From: Patescibacteria group bacterium
GTDB taxonomy: Bacteria > Patescibacteriota > Minisyncoccia > Phycocordibacterales > Phycocordibacteraceae
Length of the DNA stretch: 64,000 nt
Reading direction: 5' to 3'
NCBI GenBank assembly: GCA_018971045.1
Contig: JAGWVF010000005.1
Span: 10,764-74,763 of the forward strand
This document shows positions 48,340 through 57,696 of this stretch, piece after piece (position 1 is the first letter of the stretch; each line of letters begins with the position of its first letter). Under the pieces are notes generated by a model. That model was given only the letters and a program-made list of their open reading frames with translations, ran no database searches and was not told the DNA's origin. A program made the translations under genes and the position numbers.

Positions 48340-48559
48340 CGTCGTTTCCTTTCGTTAGTTACTACCCGAAGCGCTCGGGCGGACGACTGTCTCGAAGTGA
48401 GACGAGTATTTTGAAGACCTGGGGAGATCTGCAAAGCACTCGTCTCACTATTTAAACCTTGAATTACAACGTTCTTTTCTAGGTGATACTTTATCATACT
48501 TGACCAATCTTGTCAACAAAACGCCAGCGGGGCTAATTGCCTTGGAAATGATATTTTCT

Positions 48560-49895
48560 CAACGGGCACCGCTCAGGCGTTCGCACTCCAGCGATTAAAA
48601 ACTCTAAATCTATGAAAACCAATGTATTGACCCACGAAGGATACCAGGAGCGCCTGAAGAATCTCCGTACGCCGGAGGATGCGGCGGCGTTTGCACAGGA
48701 AATGTTCGCCGCTACGCTCGCAAATCTGTCACGCACGCCAGTTGCGGAGAAAATCGAGAAAGTGGACGCTGCACCTATACCAGCCGAGGAGCAGACGGTA
48801 CGTACCACCAAGCAAGGCCGCCGTCCCACCATTGCGGAACTCGCGAGCAGACAGAACCCCGCAGCGAGCCCGTGGTACGAGGTCGCATCCAACGACAAGG
48901 AAGCGATGGTCATCTCGCTGTACGCGAAAGGCCTCACGACGCGCGACATTGCCACGTACATGAAATCGCATCATGGTGTCGAGCTTTCGCAGCCCGGCGT
49001 CTCGACGATCACCGACAAGGTATTTCCGCTCGTCAAAGAGTGGCAAACCCGTCCGCTCTCGTCTTGCTACCCAGTCATGTATCTCGATGGCATGCATTTC
49101 AAGGTGCGCGATGGAGGTAAAATCGTATCGAAAGTTGCCTACATCGCACTCGGCGTTAATCAGTACGGCATGAAAGAAGTTGTCGGAATCTGGGTCAGCG
49201 ACAGCGAATCGGCAAAATTCTGGATGGGCATTTTGAGCGACATGAAGAATCGCGGCGTGGACGACGTACTCATCGTCTGCGTCGATGGACTCAAGGGATT
49301 CCCCGATGCGATCAAGGCGATCTATCCGCAAGCCGAGGTGCAAGTCTGCATTGTGCACATGATCCGTCATACGGTCATGTTCATACCCCACAAGGATCGC
49401 GAAGCTTTCTGTAAAGATTTGCAACTCGTGTACACCGCTCCTTCGGAGGAGGCCGGGCGTGAAGCACTCAGAGAGGTCAGTGAGCGATGGGGCCAGTACA
49501 AAGCATACCTCAAAAATTGGGAGGATCGCTGGGAAGACCTCGCGCCGTTCTTTAGCTATCCGGCTGCGATCCGCCGCATGATATATACGACGAATGCGAT
49601 TGAGAATCTCAATCGGCAGTTCAGAAAAGTCACTAAGACGACTACCGTGTTCCCACACGACGAGTCGTTAATGAAACTGCTCTGGCTGGCGCAGGCCGAC
49701 ATTACCCAAGGCAAGACGCTTGCCGTGCGTAACTGGAACGAGATCATGGCACAGTTGTCGATAGCGTTTCCAGATCGCGTGCAGTTCTAGCCAGCAACCG
49801 TAATCATTAATCTACATCGCTGACGGCGCGAGCCGGACGGTGCCCTCGACAATGGCCGCATTGAGCGGCCGTTGTTCGTCTGTTGGTAAGCTCGC
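48560..49895 (+). mobile_element. IS256-family insertion sequence
   Basis: Mutator/IS256 transposase flanked by imperfect inverted repeats (TTGGAAATGATATTTTCTCAACGG versus TTAGAAATGGAAGTTTGCGAAGCG). Boundaries are approximate. Confidence 0.55.
48612..49790 (+). CDS. IS256-family (Mutator) transposase
   Basis: YLDGMHFKVRDGG…IWVSDSESAKFWMGIL…CVDGLKGF. Confidence 0.85.
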   Translation: MKTNVLTHEGYQERLKNLRTPEDAAAFAQEMFAATLANLSRTPVAEKIEKVDAAPIPAEEQTVRTTKQGRRPTIAELASRQNPAASPWYEVASNDKEAMVISLYAKGLTTRDIATYMKSHHGVELSQPGVSTITDKVFPLVKEWQTRPLSSCYPVMYLDGMHFKVRDGGKIVSKVAYIALGVNQYGMKEVVGIWVSDSESAKFWMGILSDMKNRGVDDVLIVCVDGLKGFPDAIKAIYPQAEVQVCIVHMIRHTVMFIPHKDREAFCKDLQLVYTAPSEEAGREALREVSERWGQYKAYLKNWEDRWEDLAPFFSYPAAIRRMIYTTNAIENLNRQFRKVTKTTTVFPHDESLMKLLWLAQADITQGKTLAVRNWNEIMAQLSIAFPDRVQF

Positions 49896-49930
49896 TTCGC
49901 AAACTTCCATTTCTAAGCTGGAATGGCACG

Positions 49931-50143
49931 ATGGCTATTCTCTCGCCACAGAGCGCTCGCGAACTTCGACGCATCATCAAGGAATCGACCGGTCGCGATA
50001 TCTCGCTCGGGGAGGCGTACGCCATTTGGCACTACCTCATTAAACTCCTACAGCTACTGTGGCGCATTGAGACGCGCAAAGAAGTACCTCCACCTCCGCA
50101 CCAGCTCAGCCTGTTCAGTAGGATGCCGCGCAAACGCCGCTAG
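49931..50143 (+). CDS. hypothetical small protein
   Basis: ORF trimmed to MAILSPQ. Convergent with the terminase gene. Weak. Confidence 0.2.
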   Translation: MAILSPQSARELRRIIKESTGRDISLGEAYAIWHYLIKLLQLLWRIETRKEVPPPPHQLSLFSRMPRKRR

Positions 50144-51759
50144 AATATCTTTTTCATGAGCCCTGCTGTAATGCCCTTGTGCCCACTGCGTGGCTCGATG
50201 TACGGATCATAACGGTGACTCGGTCCCTCATCGCTGATATCCACTATATACGGCGACTGGTACTCACCGCTCTTCCCGGGAGTGGGAGGTACGCTGTGTT
50301 GGCTGTGAGAAAACGGCGTGTAGCCGTCGTCAGATTTCCATACCTCGATCACAAGGAGCGAAAGCGCGTCGGCCAAGTCATCGTGGTTCTCGTGTCCGAA
50401 ACCGGTCAGCTGGGCGAGCAGCTCCTCACAGCCAGTCTCGGGAAAGAGCACCGAGCCGTTTTTGATGAGGTGGGATATCATCGCCAAGCGCGAACGCTTG
50501 TCGCCCCTTGAGGGTACGCCGATTGCCGGATACCGCTCCTTTTGGAGCATCTGCGGCAGCGCTTTCTGGTATGCATTGTCCTCGATGAACATCTTCGCCT
50601 TCAGGTTGTTGTATGCATACAGCGAGGAGAGAGCTTTCGCACGCTCAAGGGATGTCGGGAAGTCGAGCCATTCGTTGACCGGATGCGGCATGAGGTAGAT
50701 CTTCGCCTCCTCCCTCCAGCCGAAGACTCGTGCGACGACCATGGCAGTCTTGTCCGCTTTCTCGTGCTCGGCGATTGCTAAGTCCATGCCGATGAAGGAA
50801 CAACGGTACCGGTTCTGCGGGGTGAGTGCAGGCATATCTTTGTAATAGCGTATCCACTCCGGATGAATGACCCGTGTCGAGTCGGAGACGATCTCAAGCA
50901 GGTACTCCTGCCGCCACGCCATCTCGTTGGCGACACTCAATCGCAAGTCTTCGATCTTCTGTGCCGTGTCGAATTTGCCAGGCCAGAGGCACTCACCGCT
51001 TTCATTGAGGAGTGGGAACCAGCAGTACGTGCCCTTAAGCTTCTTCTCATCCATCATGCGTCGCAGCTTCATGACAAGTGCGTCTTCGTGGAGAAGGTTG
51101 CCCACGATGATGGTGCGCGTACCGATGTCGCCGAGTGGGATCACTTCGCGGGTGAACCAGTCGAAGAGCTTGGTGCGGCTCTCGTACGTCCGCGCGGACT
51201 GCATATCCTCGATGTCATCCAGTATCAGCAAGTCCGGTCGGTGCTCATGGTGCCTGATGCCGCGGATTGATTGGTCGACCGACGCAATCATGATGCGTGC
51301 GCCAGTATTTTGGAATACCAAGGACGAGATGGCCCACTCGCCGGTACTCGTATCCTCGCGAAAAGGCCCAAGGTCACTCTTAAGGAGCGTGTTGTGCTCA
51401 AGCTCGTACTTGAGGTTCGACATGTGCTGGCGTGCCTGCGCCTGGGTCTGACAGATAATTAGTACGAACTTCTTCTGTTGCACCCCGAGCGTCGCCCACA
51501 GCGAGTATGAGAATGTTACCAAAGTCGACTTGCCGGAGCCTCTGAAAGCGACAATGCATGCCAGCTTGTTGCTCTGGTCCTCGGTGATGCGAAAGATGTC
51601 TTTTTGGAATTCCGCTATTGGATAGCGGACGTAATGTGGGAAGTAGAGGTGGAAGAACATAGCATGGCTGTCCCGCGCGACTGCTTGCCGCACGAGCCGG
51701 TCTTTGGTAATTGCCTCGAACGATTCCTCGTCGAATCCTGTTGCTACTAGATTGTTCAT
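50140..51759 (-). CDS. phage terminase large subunit
   Basis: Walker A AFRGSGKST, LILDDIED, and a nuclease C-terminal half. Confidence 0.8.
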   Translation of the reverse strand: MNNLVATGFDEESFEAITKDRLVRQAVARDSHAMFFHLYFPHYVRYPIAEFQKDIFRITEDQSNKLACIVAFRGSGKSTLVTFSYSLWATLGVQQKKFVLIICQTQAQARQHMSNLKYELEHNTLLKSDLGPFREDTSTGEWAISSLVFQNTGARIMIASVDQSIRGIRHHEHRPDLLILDDIEDMQSARTYESRTKLFDWFTREVIPLGDIGTRTIIVGNLLHEDALVMKLRRMMDEKKLKGTYCWFPLLNESGECLWPGKFDTAQKIEDLRLSVANEMAWRQEYLLEIVSDSTRVIHPEWIRYYKDMPALTPQNRYRCSFIGMDLAIAEHEKADKTAMVVARVFGWREEAKIYLMPHPVNEWLDFPTSLERAKALSSLYAYNNLKAKMFIEDNAYQKALPQMLQKERYPAIGVPSRGDKRSRLAMISHLIKNGSVLFPETGCEELLAQLTGFGHENHDDLADALSLLVIEVWKSDDGYTPFSHSQHSVPPTPGKSGEYQSPYIVDISDEGPSHRYDPYIEPRSGHKGITAGLMKKIF

Positions 51760-52148
51760 ATTGATTTTTTAGTTAACTTTTCTGCTAATTCCATCGCCCT
51801 TTTAAAGTTCGCTTTCTGCTCCGGCGACATCTCCTCGATCACCTTGACCGCTCCTTCGAGTTCGATGCGCGCCTTGTACGTCGTATGGTTATGGCGCAAC
51901 CACGTTACGATCGCTGAGATGTTGCGATCCTTGATCGCTCCTATTAACTGACTTTCTGCGAGATCATTCACGAGGAGTCGCCCTTCGAGCATCGCGTCGT
52001 CGACTGCTTTCGAGAATTCCTTGCTCTCGGCCCGCCAGCGGTACAGCGTGACGCGGCTGATGTCGACCTTCTCGCACGCGATCTGAAGGATCGGCGTCTT
52101 GCGCAGCTGCTCAAGGAGCGCTTCTTTTGCTTTGTCGCTTTTCTTCAT
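51756..52148 (-). CDS. terminase small-subunit-like HTH protein
   Basis: HTH ISRVTLYRWRAESKEF. Start trimmed to MKKSDK. Confidence 0.5.
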   Translation of the reverse strand: MKKSDKAKEALLEQLRKTPILQIACEKVDISRVTLYRWRAESKEFSKAVDDAMLEGRLLVNDLAESQLIGAIKDRNISAIVTWLRHNHTTYKARIELEGAVKVIEEMSPEQKANFKRAMELAEKLTKKSI

Positions 52149-52918
52149 ACGCGCTTGGCTTTCTGCCCGGTTATCCGCTCCCACCGGCGTATCGCCGTCC
52201 TGCAATACTCGTAGTCGACCTCTACAGCGAAGCATCGGCGCTTCGTCTGTTCGCAGGCAAGGAGGGTGGTACCGCTTCCGAGGAAGCCATCGAATACCGT
52301 GTCGCCGATTTCGCTGCTGTTGAGGACGAGCCGTCGCACAAGGCCGGTGGGCTTCGTCGTGGGGTGCAGCTTGCTCTTATTCGGTCTTGGGTAGCACAGA
52401 ACCGACTTGTCCTTGGAGCGGTGGAAGTGGTGCGTGCCATACCAGCCGTAGACGATGAGTTCGTGCTGGGGCGCGTAGTCGAGGCGGCCGATGACGGACT
52501 GCTGCTTCACCCACACGAGGAGCTGTGCGATCTTGAATCCGGTGTCCGCCATGGCGTCCCTCAACGACCAGACCATTTTGTCGGCATTGAAGATATACGC
52601 ACTGTTTTTCTTGGCGAGGTACGGCAAGATGGCTGCGAGCCACGCCTTGCTGAACTGACGATACTCGTCGTCTGATTGCAGCTGGTCGTTCGCGATGTCT
52701 CTGTCCTTCGAGAGTGTGCGAAAGTTGCGTTTTGATTCTGCCACCGAAACTCCATATGGGGGATCGCTGCAGATGAGGTCAATCTTCTCTGCGCCAATGA
52801 GTTTCTTGAGGAGCTGTGGATCGCGGCAGTCGCCGTATGCGAGGCGGTGCTCGCCAAGCTGCCAGACGATGCCTGACTTAGGCGAGCTTACGTGCTTTTT
52901 TGCCGGTGAGTTTTTCAT
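52145..52918 (-). CDS. DNA methyltransferase (N6-adenine/N4-cytosine, DPPY)
   Basis: DPPYGV motif and FDGFLGSGTT SAM-binding motif. Confidence 0.8.
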   Translation of the reverse strand: MKNSPAKKHVSSPKSGIVWQLGEHRLAYGDCRDPQLLKKLIGAEKIDLICSDPPYGVSVAESKRNFRTLSKDRDIANDQLQSDDEYRQFSKAWLAAILPYLAKKNSAYIFNADKMVWSLRDAMADTGFKIAQLLVWVKQQSVIGRLDYAPQHELIVYGWYGTHHFHRSKDKSVLCYPRPNKSKLHPTTKPTGLVRRLVLNSSEIGDTVFDGFLGSGTTLLACEQTKRRCFAVEVDYEYCRTAIRRWERITGQKAKRV

Positions 52919-54140
52919 ATCGGTTTTTGATTACTGTTGCGAATATAGGGTCGACCTCACACAGAAATGCCCTGCGCTTCATTTGCTCGCACGCGACCAT
53001 GATGCTCCCAGATCCCGCCGTAAGATCCAAGACCGTATCGCCCACGCGCGTGCACCTGCGCAGTGCTTTTTCGTGTAACGTGGGCGGCTTTTGGGTCGGG
53101 TGTTCGTACTCACTCGCGGGCAAGCGTTTGACGAGCCAGATGTTGAACAAGTCGACAATTTCTTCAATAACGCGTGCACCGCTGCCAACCTCTTTGTTGA
53201 GAACGGTATTGAGATTCTTGAGCTGGTCGTTGATGTATGGAGATCCAATCGTTCCGTATACCGCGAATTCGGTCGCCTTGTTAAACGCTACCTTCGGAGT
53301 CGGCATCGCGTTGTCCTTCACCCATATGCACAGTCTTTTGGAGTCGATACCAAACTCTTGATACAGCTCCTGCAGAAGCCACACCCAGCGCTCGTCGCAC
53401 CAGAAGATATAGTGGGCATCCACTGCGCTCACCGCGATACTATTGGTGATGAGTGATTTCAGGAATGTGCGGTATTCAGTTGGCGATTTATCGTCCTTTT
53501 CGCTGCCACCATACTTTCCATTTTTGCCATCGTATCGGTATTTGATATTGAAGGGAGGGTCAACATCCACGAAATTGATTCGCGTGTCACCAACGAGTTT
53601 TCGCACTAACGCTTCGTCAGTCGCACTCGCACAGAGGAGCCGGTGATCGCCGAGCACGAGCAGATCGCCAGGTTCAACTGTCGGCTTTTTGATCTTTGCG
53701 ATTTCGGCGGCTTCGTCAAACTCATCGTCTTCGATTTCAAGCTGATCATCCCAGAGGTGCGATAAGTCATTTTCACCGAGAAGGTCGAGGAGAAGGCCTT
53801 GGTCGAATTCGCGCAACAGATTGTAGTCCCAGCTCCCGCGCAGCGCGTTGCTGGCGATAAGGTAGCGGTCGAATTCTTTTTTGGTTAGTTTTCTGTTTGG
53901 CACTCGCACGTCAATTTCACTGTCACCCATGCCCATTTCCATCAATGCTTTGTGACGGTGTGCGCCTGCGACGATGGTGCCGTCAATGTCGACCACAATG
54001 ATTTCCGCATACCCGCTCTGTTTCAGACTCCGCTTTAACTTCGAAAACTGCCGCTCGTCATTGACGTTCGGATTATCGTCGCGCGAGACAAGATCTCGCG
54101 CACGACGCTTCTCGTTGTGCCACATTAATTTTTCTGCCAT
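52878..54140 (-). CDS. ParB-like nuclease domain fused to DNA methyltransferase (DPPF)
   Basis: N-terminal ParB/Srx-like domain (IIVVDIDGTIVAGAHRHKA), DPPFNI motif, TAGSGS. Confidence 0.8.
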   Translation of the reverse strand: MAEKLMWHNEKRRARDLVSRDDNPNVNDERQFSKLKRSLKQSGYAEIIVVDIDGTIVAGAHRHKALMEMGMGDSEIDVRVPNRKLTKKEFDRYLIASNALRGSWDYNLLREFDQGLLLDLLGENDLSHLWDDQLEIEDDEFDEAAEIAKIKKPTVEPGDLLVLGDHRLLCASATDEALVRKLVGDTRINFVDVDPPFNIKYRYDGKNGKYGGSEKDDKSPTEYRTFLKSLITNSIAVSAVDAHYIFWCDERWVWLLQELYQEFGIDSKRLCIWVKDNAMPTPKVAFNKATEFAVYGTIGSPYINDQLKNLNTVLNKEVGSGARVIEEIVDLFNIWLVKRLPASEYEHPTQKPPTLHEKALRRCTRVGDTVLDLTAGSGSIMVACEQMKRRAFLCEVDPIFATVIKNRYEKLTGKKARKLA

Positions 54141-54244
54141 AATGATTAGTAATTAAGTGAATAATGCAGTGGTTGAATCTGCACTATCATCACAACAAAA
54201 AACGCAAACTTTCTACACACCCGCTTCGTCTAAAACAACGAAAA

Positions 54245-54270
54245 AACGCCCCGACTTTGGGGCGTTTTCA
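54245..54270. terminator. hairpin terminator aacgcccc-gacttt-ggggcgtt
   Basis: Perfect 8-bp stem flanked by A/T runs. Confidence 0.45.
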
Positions 54271-54289
54271 AATATTATGCACAGGGTAG

Positions 54290-55051
54290 TTAGCGGGTAG
54301 CGGGATATACACAATAAAACCTGTCGATGCAGTAACCCGAGCCGCGATTGCCTCGGATAAAATTTTCCGGTAGATGCAGGTCACCATCGATTTTTGCATT
54401 GATGGCTTGTACTAAGTTCTGCACCGCTTTCTGCGTGCATCCTAGATACTCCGCAAGGTCTGAGGTCAGCACATATTTTCTGCTCGCAAGGAGCTTTTCG
54501 ACGAGCAGGATGCGCTTGTTATCCTCTTTGTCCGAAAAAATGCATACGAAGCGGCGGCCTTGCACATGGCGATACAGCTCTTTGACTTCGCGGTCGTAGA
54601 ATAAGTCCATCCACATCTCTTGCGGAGCTTTTTGCGCGATAAGCGCGTTGAATTGGTCCTCCGGCAAGCGCATGGTCTGGTGCTCGGAGACCTCCCGTAC
54701 AGTCACGGTTTTTAGCAACTCGTTAAATTGACGAGACTCCATGCGCATCTCGCGCGGCTCATCATGACGCACAAGGACCACGCGCTCCCTGGTGGCAGGA
54801 ATGATGGCAGTTGGCATAAATTCATCCTGCGCTTTAAAGGCTATCGAGCGTGTGACACTTTCTCCGAGGATGGAGACGCGAGACATGGCAGACGCCATCT
54901 CGCTGGAAGCATTGCGGAGCGCATCACTCATAGCTGCTATTTGTTGGCCCGCTGAGTATATAGCGGGGAGGTGTGGTGCGACGGTTGCTGAAAGCCGCTT
55001 TCCGATCTCCTCAGCCTGCTGCTGGTATTGAGCTGGGATTTGCCTTTCCAT
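54290..55051 (-). CDS. hypothetical phage-associated protein with C-terminal winged-helix
   Basis: DLAEYLGCTQKAVQNLVQAINAKI. Confidence 0.4.
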   Translation of the reverse strand: MERQIPAQYQQQAEEIGKRLSATVAPHLPAIYSAGQQIAAMSDALRNASSEMASAMSRVSILGESVTRSIAFKAQDEFMPTAIIPATRERVVLVRHDEPREMRMESRQFNELLKTVTVREVSEHQTMRLPEDQFNALIAQKAPQEMWMDLFYDREVKELYRHVQGRRFVCIFSDKEDNKRILLVEKLLASRKYVLTSDLAEYLGCTQKAVQNLVQAINAKIDGDLHLPENFIRGNRGSGYCIDRFYCVYPATR

Positions 55052-55315
55052 ACCTAGCTATTTTAGCATTTTTCTTGCCACATGGAAAAATGCAACATGC
55101 TCAAAAACGCCCTTTGATGTTACATTTTATATCAATCCGATTTTCAGACCCCTGACTGGGACGCGTCAGTCTGGTAAAATGAAATCTCCCAAGAAACCCT
55201 TACGGTGCCTTACCTCACAAGGTTCCAGACTGGGGTGGGGCACCAGAAGCGCCGCCCGGCCCGTTCCGTGCTGTGGATAACTCGCCGTGGTATACTTAAC
55301 TTATAACGCATCACC

Positions 55316-55558
55316 ATGAACAAAAACATCACCATCTACAGCACGCCGACCTGCCATTTCTGCAATATGACAAAAGAATTCCTGAAGGATAAAGGCATTG
55401 GCTACACTGAGTTTAATGTCGCCCAGGACATCGAGAAACGTCAGGAGATGATACAGCGCTCCGGCCAAATGGGCGTCCCGGTCATTTTCGTCGGCGACGA
55501 GATGATTATCGGCTTTGACAAGGAGAGGCTCGAGTCCTCGCTTGGCATCGCCGCGTAA
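55316..55558 (+). CDS. glutaredoxin-like protein (NrdH type)
   Basis: CHFC (CxxC), 80 aa. Preceded by TATACT. Confidence 0.75.
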   Translation: MNKNITIYSTPTCHFCNMTKEFLKDKGIGYTEFNVAQDIEKRQEMIQRSGQMGVPVIFVGDEMIIGFDKERLESSLGIAA

Positions 55559-55560
55559 CG

Positions 55561-55634
55561 GCCCCCTTAGTTCAATGGACAGAACGGCTCACTCCTAACG
55601 AGCTGATCCAGGTTCGATTCCTGGAGAGGGCACC
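55561..55634 (+). tRNA. tRNA-Arg (anticodon CCU)
   Basis: T-arm CCAGG/CCTGG, anticodon loop CTCCTAA. Two stem mismatches. Confidence 0.7.
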
Positions 55635-55674
55635 GTGAAGCCGCCAGATCTTTGAGGTGCTAGAATAGTACGAT

Positions 55675-55962
55675 ATGGACCCGGAAATAAAACAGCAGTT
55701 GGCAGAGATACACGCTCTTGCGCGTGAGAATCACCGCCTCTTGCGGGCGGTTCGTCGCCACCAAATGCTCGACACGTGGGGGAAATATATCCTCTGGTTG
55801 CTCTTTATTGTCGGCGCAGTGGGGTGGGTGGTCACCTATCTCGAGCCGCTCGCGGCGAAGTATACTTCAGCGACCGGCACGAGCCCCTCCGGACTCTTCG
55901 GACTCCCGACTTCCGCAGATATTCAAAAGCTGATAAACTCCTATAAAGCCACGCCGCCCTAG
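55675..55962 (+). CDS. hypothetical small membrane protein
   Basis: 95 aa with one TM helix. Lies between two tRNAs. Confidence 0.4.
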   Translation: MDPEIKQQLAEIHALARENHRLLRAVRRHQMLDTWGKYILWLLFIVGAVGWVVTYLEPLAAKYTSATGTSPSGLFGLPTSADIQKLINSYKATPP

Positions 55963-55971
55963 GCGCTGTGC

Positions 55972-56044
55972 GCTTGGATAGCTCAGTTGGTAGAGCACTT
56001 CCCTGAAGAGGAAGGGGTCGTCGGTTCGAGCCCGACTCCAAGCA
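55972..56044 (+). tRNA. tRNA-Phe (anticodon GAA)
   Basis: GCTTGGATAGCTCAGTTGGTAGAGC…CTGAAGA… Perfect cloverleaf, CCA not encoded. Confidence 0.85.
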
Positions 56045-56073
56045 CTTGATTCACCCGTTCCCTTAGCTCGGGG

Positions 56074-57180
56074 ATGAGGCGGTATACTGCAGTTATTATG
56101 GTTATTCGAGAATGGGCGGCGCGATACGAGCGGTATCTCTCCGCGCTCGCGATGGCGGCTGGCTTCGTCGTCGACAACATCTTCTTTGAGCGCGTTGATC
56201 TCTGGCAGACGCAAGCCCTCCTCGCGGGGTATGCGCTTGCGTGCTTCATCGCGATTCCGGCCCAGCACTACCTCGAAACCAAAGCCGCGCGGCGAGGCAG
56301 GGTCTCGCCGCGCTCCCGCCTCTTCTTCCAGCTTACCGCGCAATTCGCGTTGGGCGGGTTCTGGAGCGCTTTTGTGATCTTTTACGGTCGCGCCGCTGTT
56401 TTTGGAGCATCGTGGCCGTTCCTCCTCTTCCTCTCTCTCATTTTCCTCGGGAGCGAGTACTTCCACCGCTATCATGCGCGACTCGTCTTCACGAGCGTGC
56501 TCTTTTTCTTCGCGCTCTACTCGTGGGCTATTTTCGAGGTACCGATTTATACGGACTCGATCGGCGTCGAGACTTTTCTTTTAAGCGGAGCGGCGGCGAT
56601 CGGCGTTTTCGCGCTCTTTACTGTCGTGCTCCGTCTCGTTGCCCACGACCGTTTCTATGAAGACGTGTGGCGAATCCGCGTGGGTGGGGTACTCGTGCTC
56701 GTCATGATGAACCTCTTTTATTTCACCAACATGCTCCCGGCGCTTCCATTGTCGGCGACGGCGGCAGGCGTGTACCACACGGTGTGGCATGTTCCCGGCG
56801 ACTATCTCGCGACGAGTGAGCGGCAACCGTGGGTCGTGGCGTATCTGGGCTTCTCTCCGACGCTCCATATCGTTTCAGGCGAGACGATCTACGCGTATAG
56901 CGCGATCTATGCGCCGACCGATCTCTCGACGACGATCGTTCACCGCTGGCAGTGGTATGACGCGCTGTCGAAAGGGTGGGTGACGAGGGCGGTTGTCTCG
57001 TACCCGATTGAGGGCGGCCGCGTAAGCGGTTACCGGGGATATAGCAATATGCGCATTGCAAACGCCGGCCAATGGAGGGTCATCGTCGAAACGACCGATG
57101 GCCGACTGCTTGACGAGCTTCCCTTCACCGCGGTGTTCGTAACGGATCCGCCGCCGCTCGAGACGATTACGCTTCGATAA
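56074..57180 (+). CDS. polytopic membrane protein with C-terminal soluble beta domain
   Basis: About 8 TM helices, then WQWYDALSKGW…RVSGYRGYSN. Confidence 0.45.
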   Translation: MRRYTAVIMVIREWAARYERYLSALAMAAGFVVDNIFFERVDLWQTQALLAGYALACFIAIPAQHYLETKAARRGRVSPRSRLFFQLTAQFALGGFWSAFVIFYGRAAVFGASWPFLLFLSLIFLGSEYFHRYHARLVFTSVLFFFALYSWAIFEVPIYTDSIGVETFLLSGAAAIGVFALFTVVLRLVAHDRFYEDVWRIRVGGVLVLVMMNLFYFTNMLPALPLSATAAGVYHTVWHVPGDYLATSERQPWVVAYLGFSPTLHIVSGETIYAYSAIYAPTDLSTTIVHRWQWYDALSKGWVTRAVVSYPIEGGRVSGYRGYSNMRIANAGQWRVIVETTDGRLLDELPFTAVFVTDPPPLETITLR

Positions 57181-57696
57181 TCAGCCTGCTTTGACTCGCA
57201 GTTTTGTCTGTTTCGCTTTATCGAGGCGCGGGAGAATGATGGTAAGAAGGCCGTCTTTGGCGCTCGCCGAAGATGCCTCGGAGTCGATTTCCTGAGGGAG
57301 AAGAATCGTGCGCGAAAAGGACCCCCAGAAGAGCTCGCGGGTAAAATAATCAGGAGTCGCCACTTGCTCGCGTTCCATGCGCGACCCGCTGATCTCGACC
57401 ATATCGCGGCTAATGGAAATGTTGAGTTCATCAGGGCGGACGCCGGCGACAAAAGCGCGGATGATGATATCGCTTGCAGTCTGGTGGACGTCGACGGGGA
57501 GCTGTCCTTCGCCGGTCTGGGTGTCGCTGCCAAAAATGCTCGGTTTACTCGGTGCGGAGGATCCGCGCGAAGCGAAGTCCTTCCGCGGCTGAGGAGTCGC
57601 AAGCATCAGGTCTTCATCGAACGGGTCAGCGCCGTTGCCGGACGCCGGAGAGCTCGAGAGTCGTTCGAAAAAAGAAGGCTTCATATTCATAGTCAA
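57181..57696 (-). CDS. Hsp20/alpha-crystallin small heat-shock protein
   Basis: Alpha-crystallin domain (LPVDVHQTASDIIIRAF…GLLTIILPR). Confidence 0.8.
   Translation of the reverse strand: MTMNMKPSFFERLSSSPASGNGADPFDEDLMLATPQPRKDFASRGSSAPSKPSIFGSDTQTGEGQLPVDVHQTASDIIIRAFVAGVRPDELNISISRDMVEISGSRMEREQVATPDYFTRELFWGSFSRTILLPQEIDSEASSASAKDGLLTIILPRLDKAKQTKLRVKAG

Noticed and set aside
55051-55315. Structured-looking 265-nt leader upstream of the glutaredoxin gene (possible riboswitch or sRNA)
   Set aside because: Some local stems (GGTGCC…GGCACC) but no recognisable conserved riboswitch motifs. Treated as promoter/UTR.
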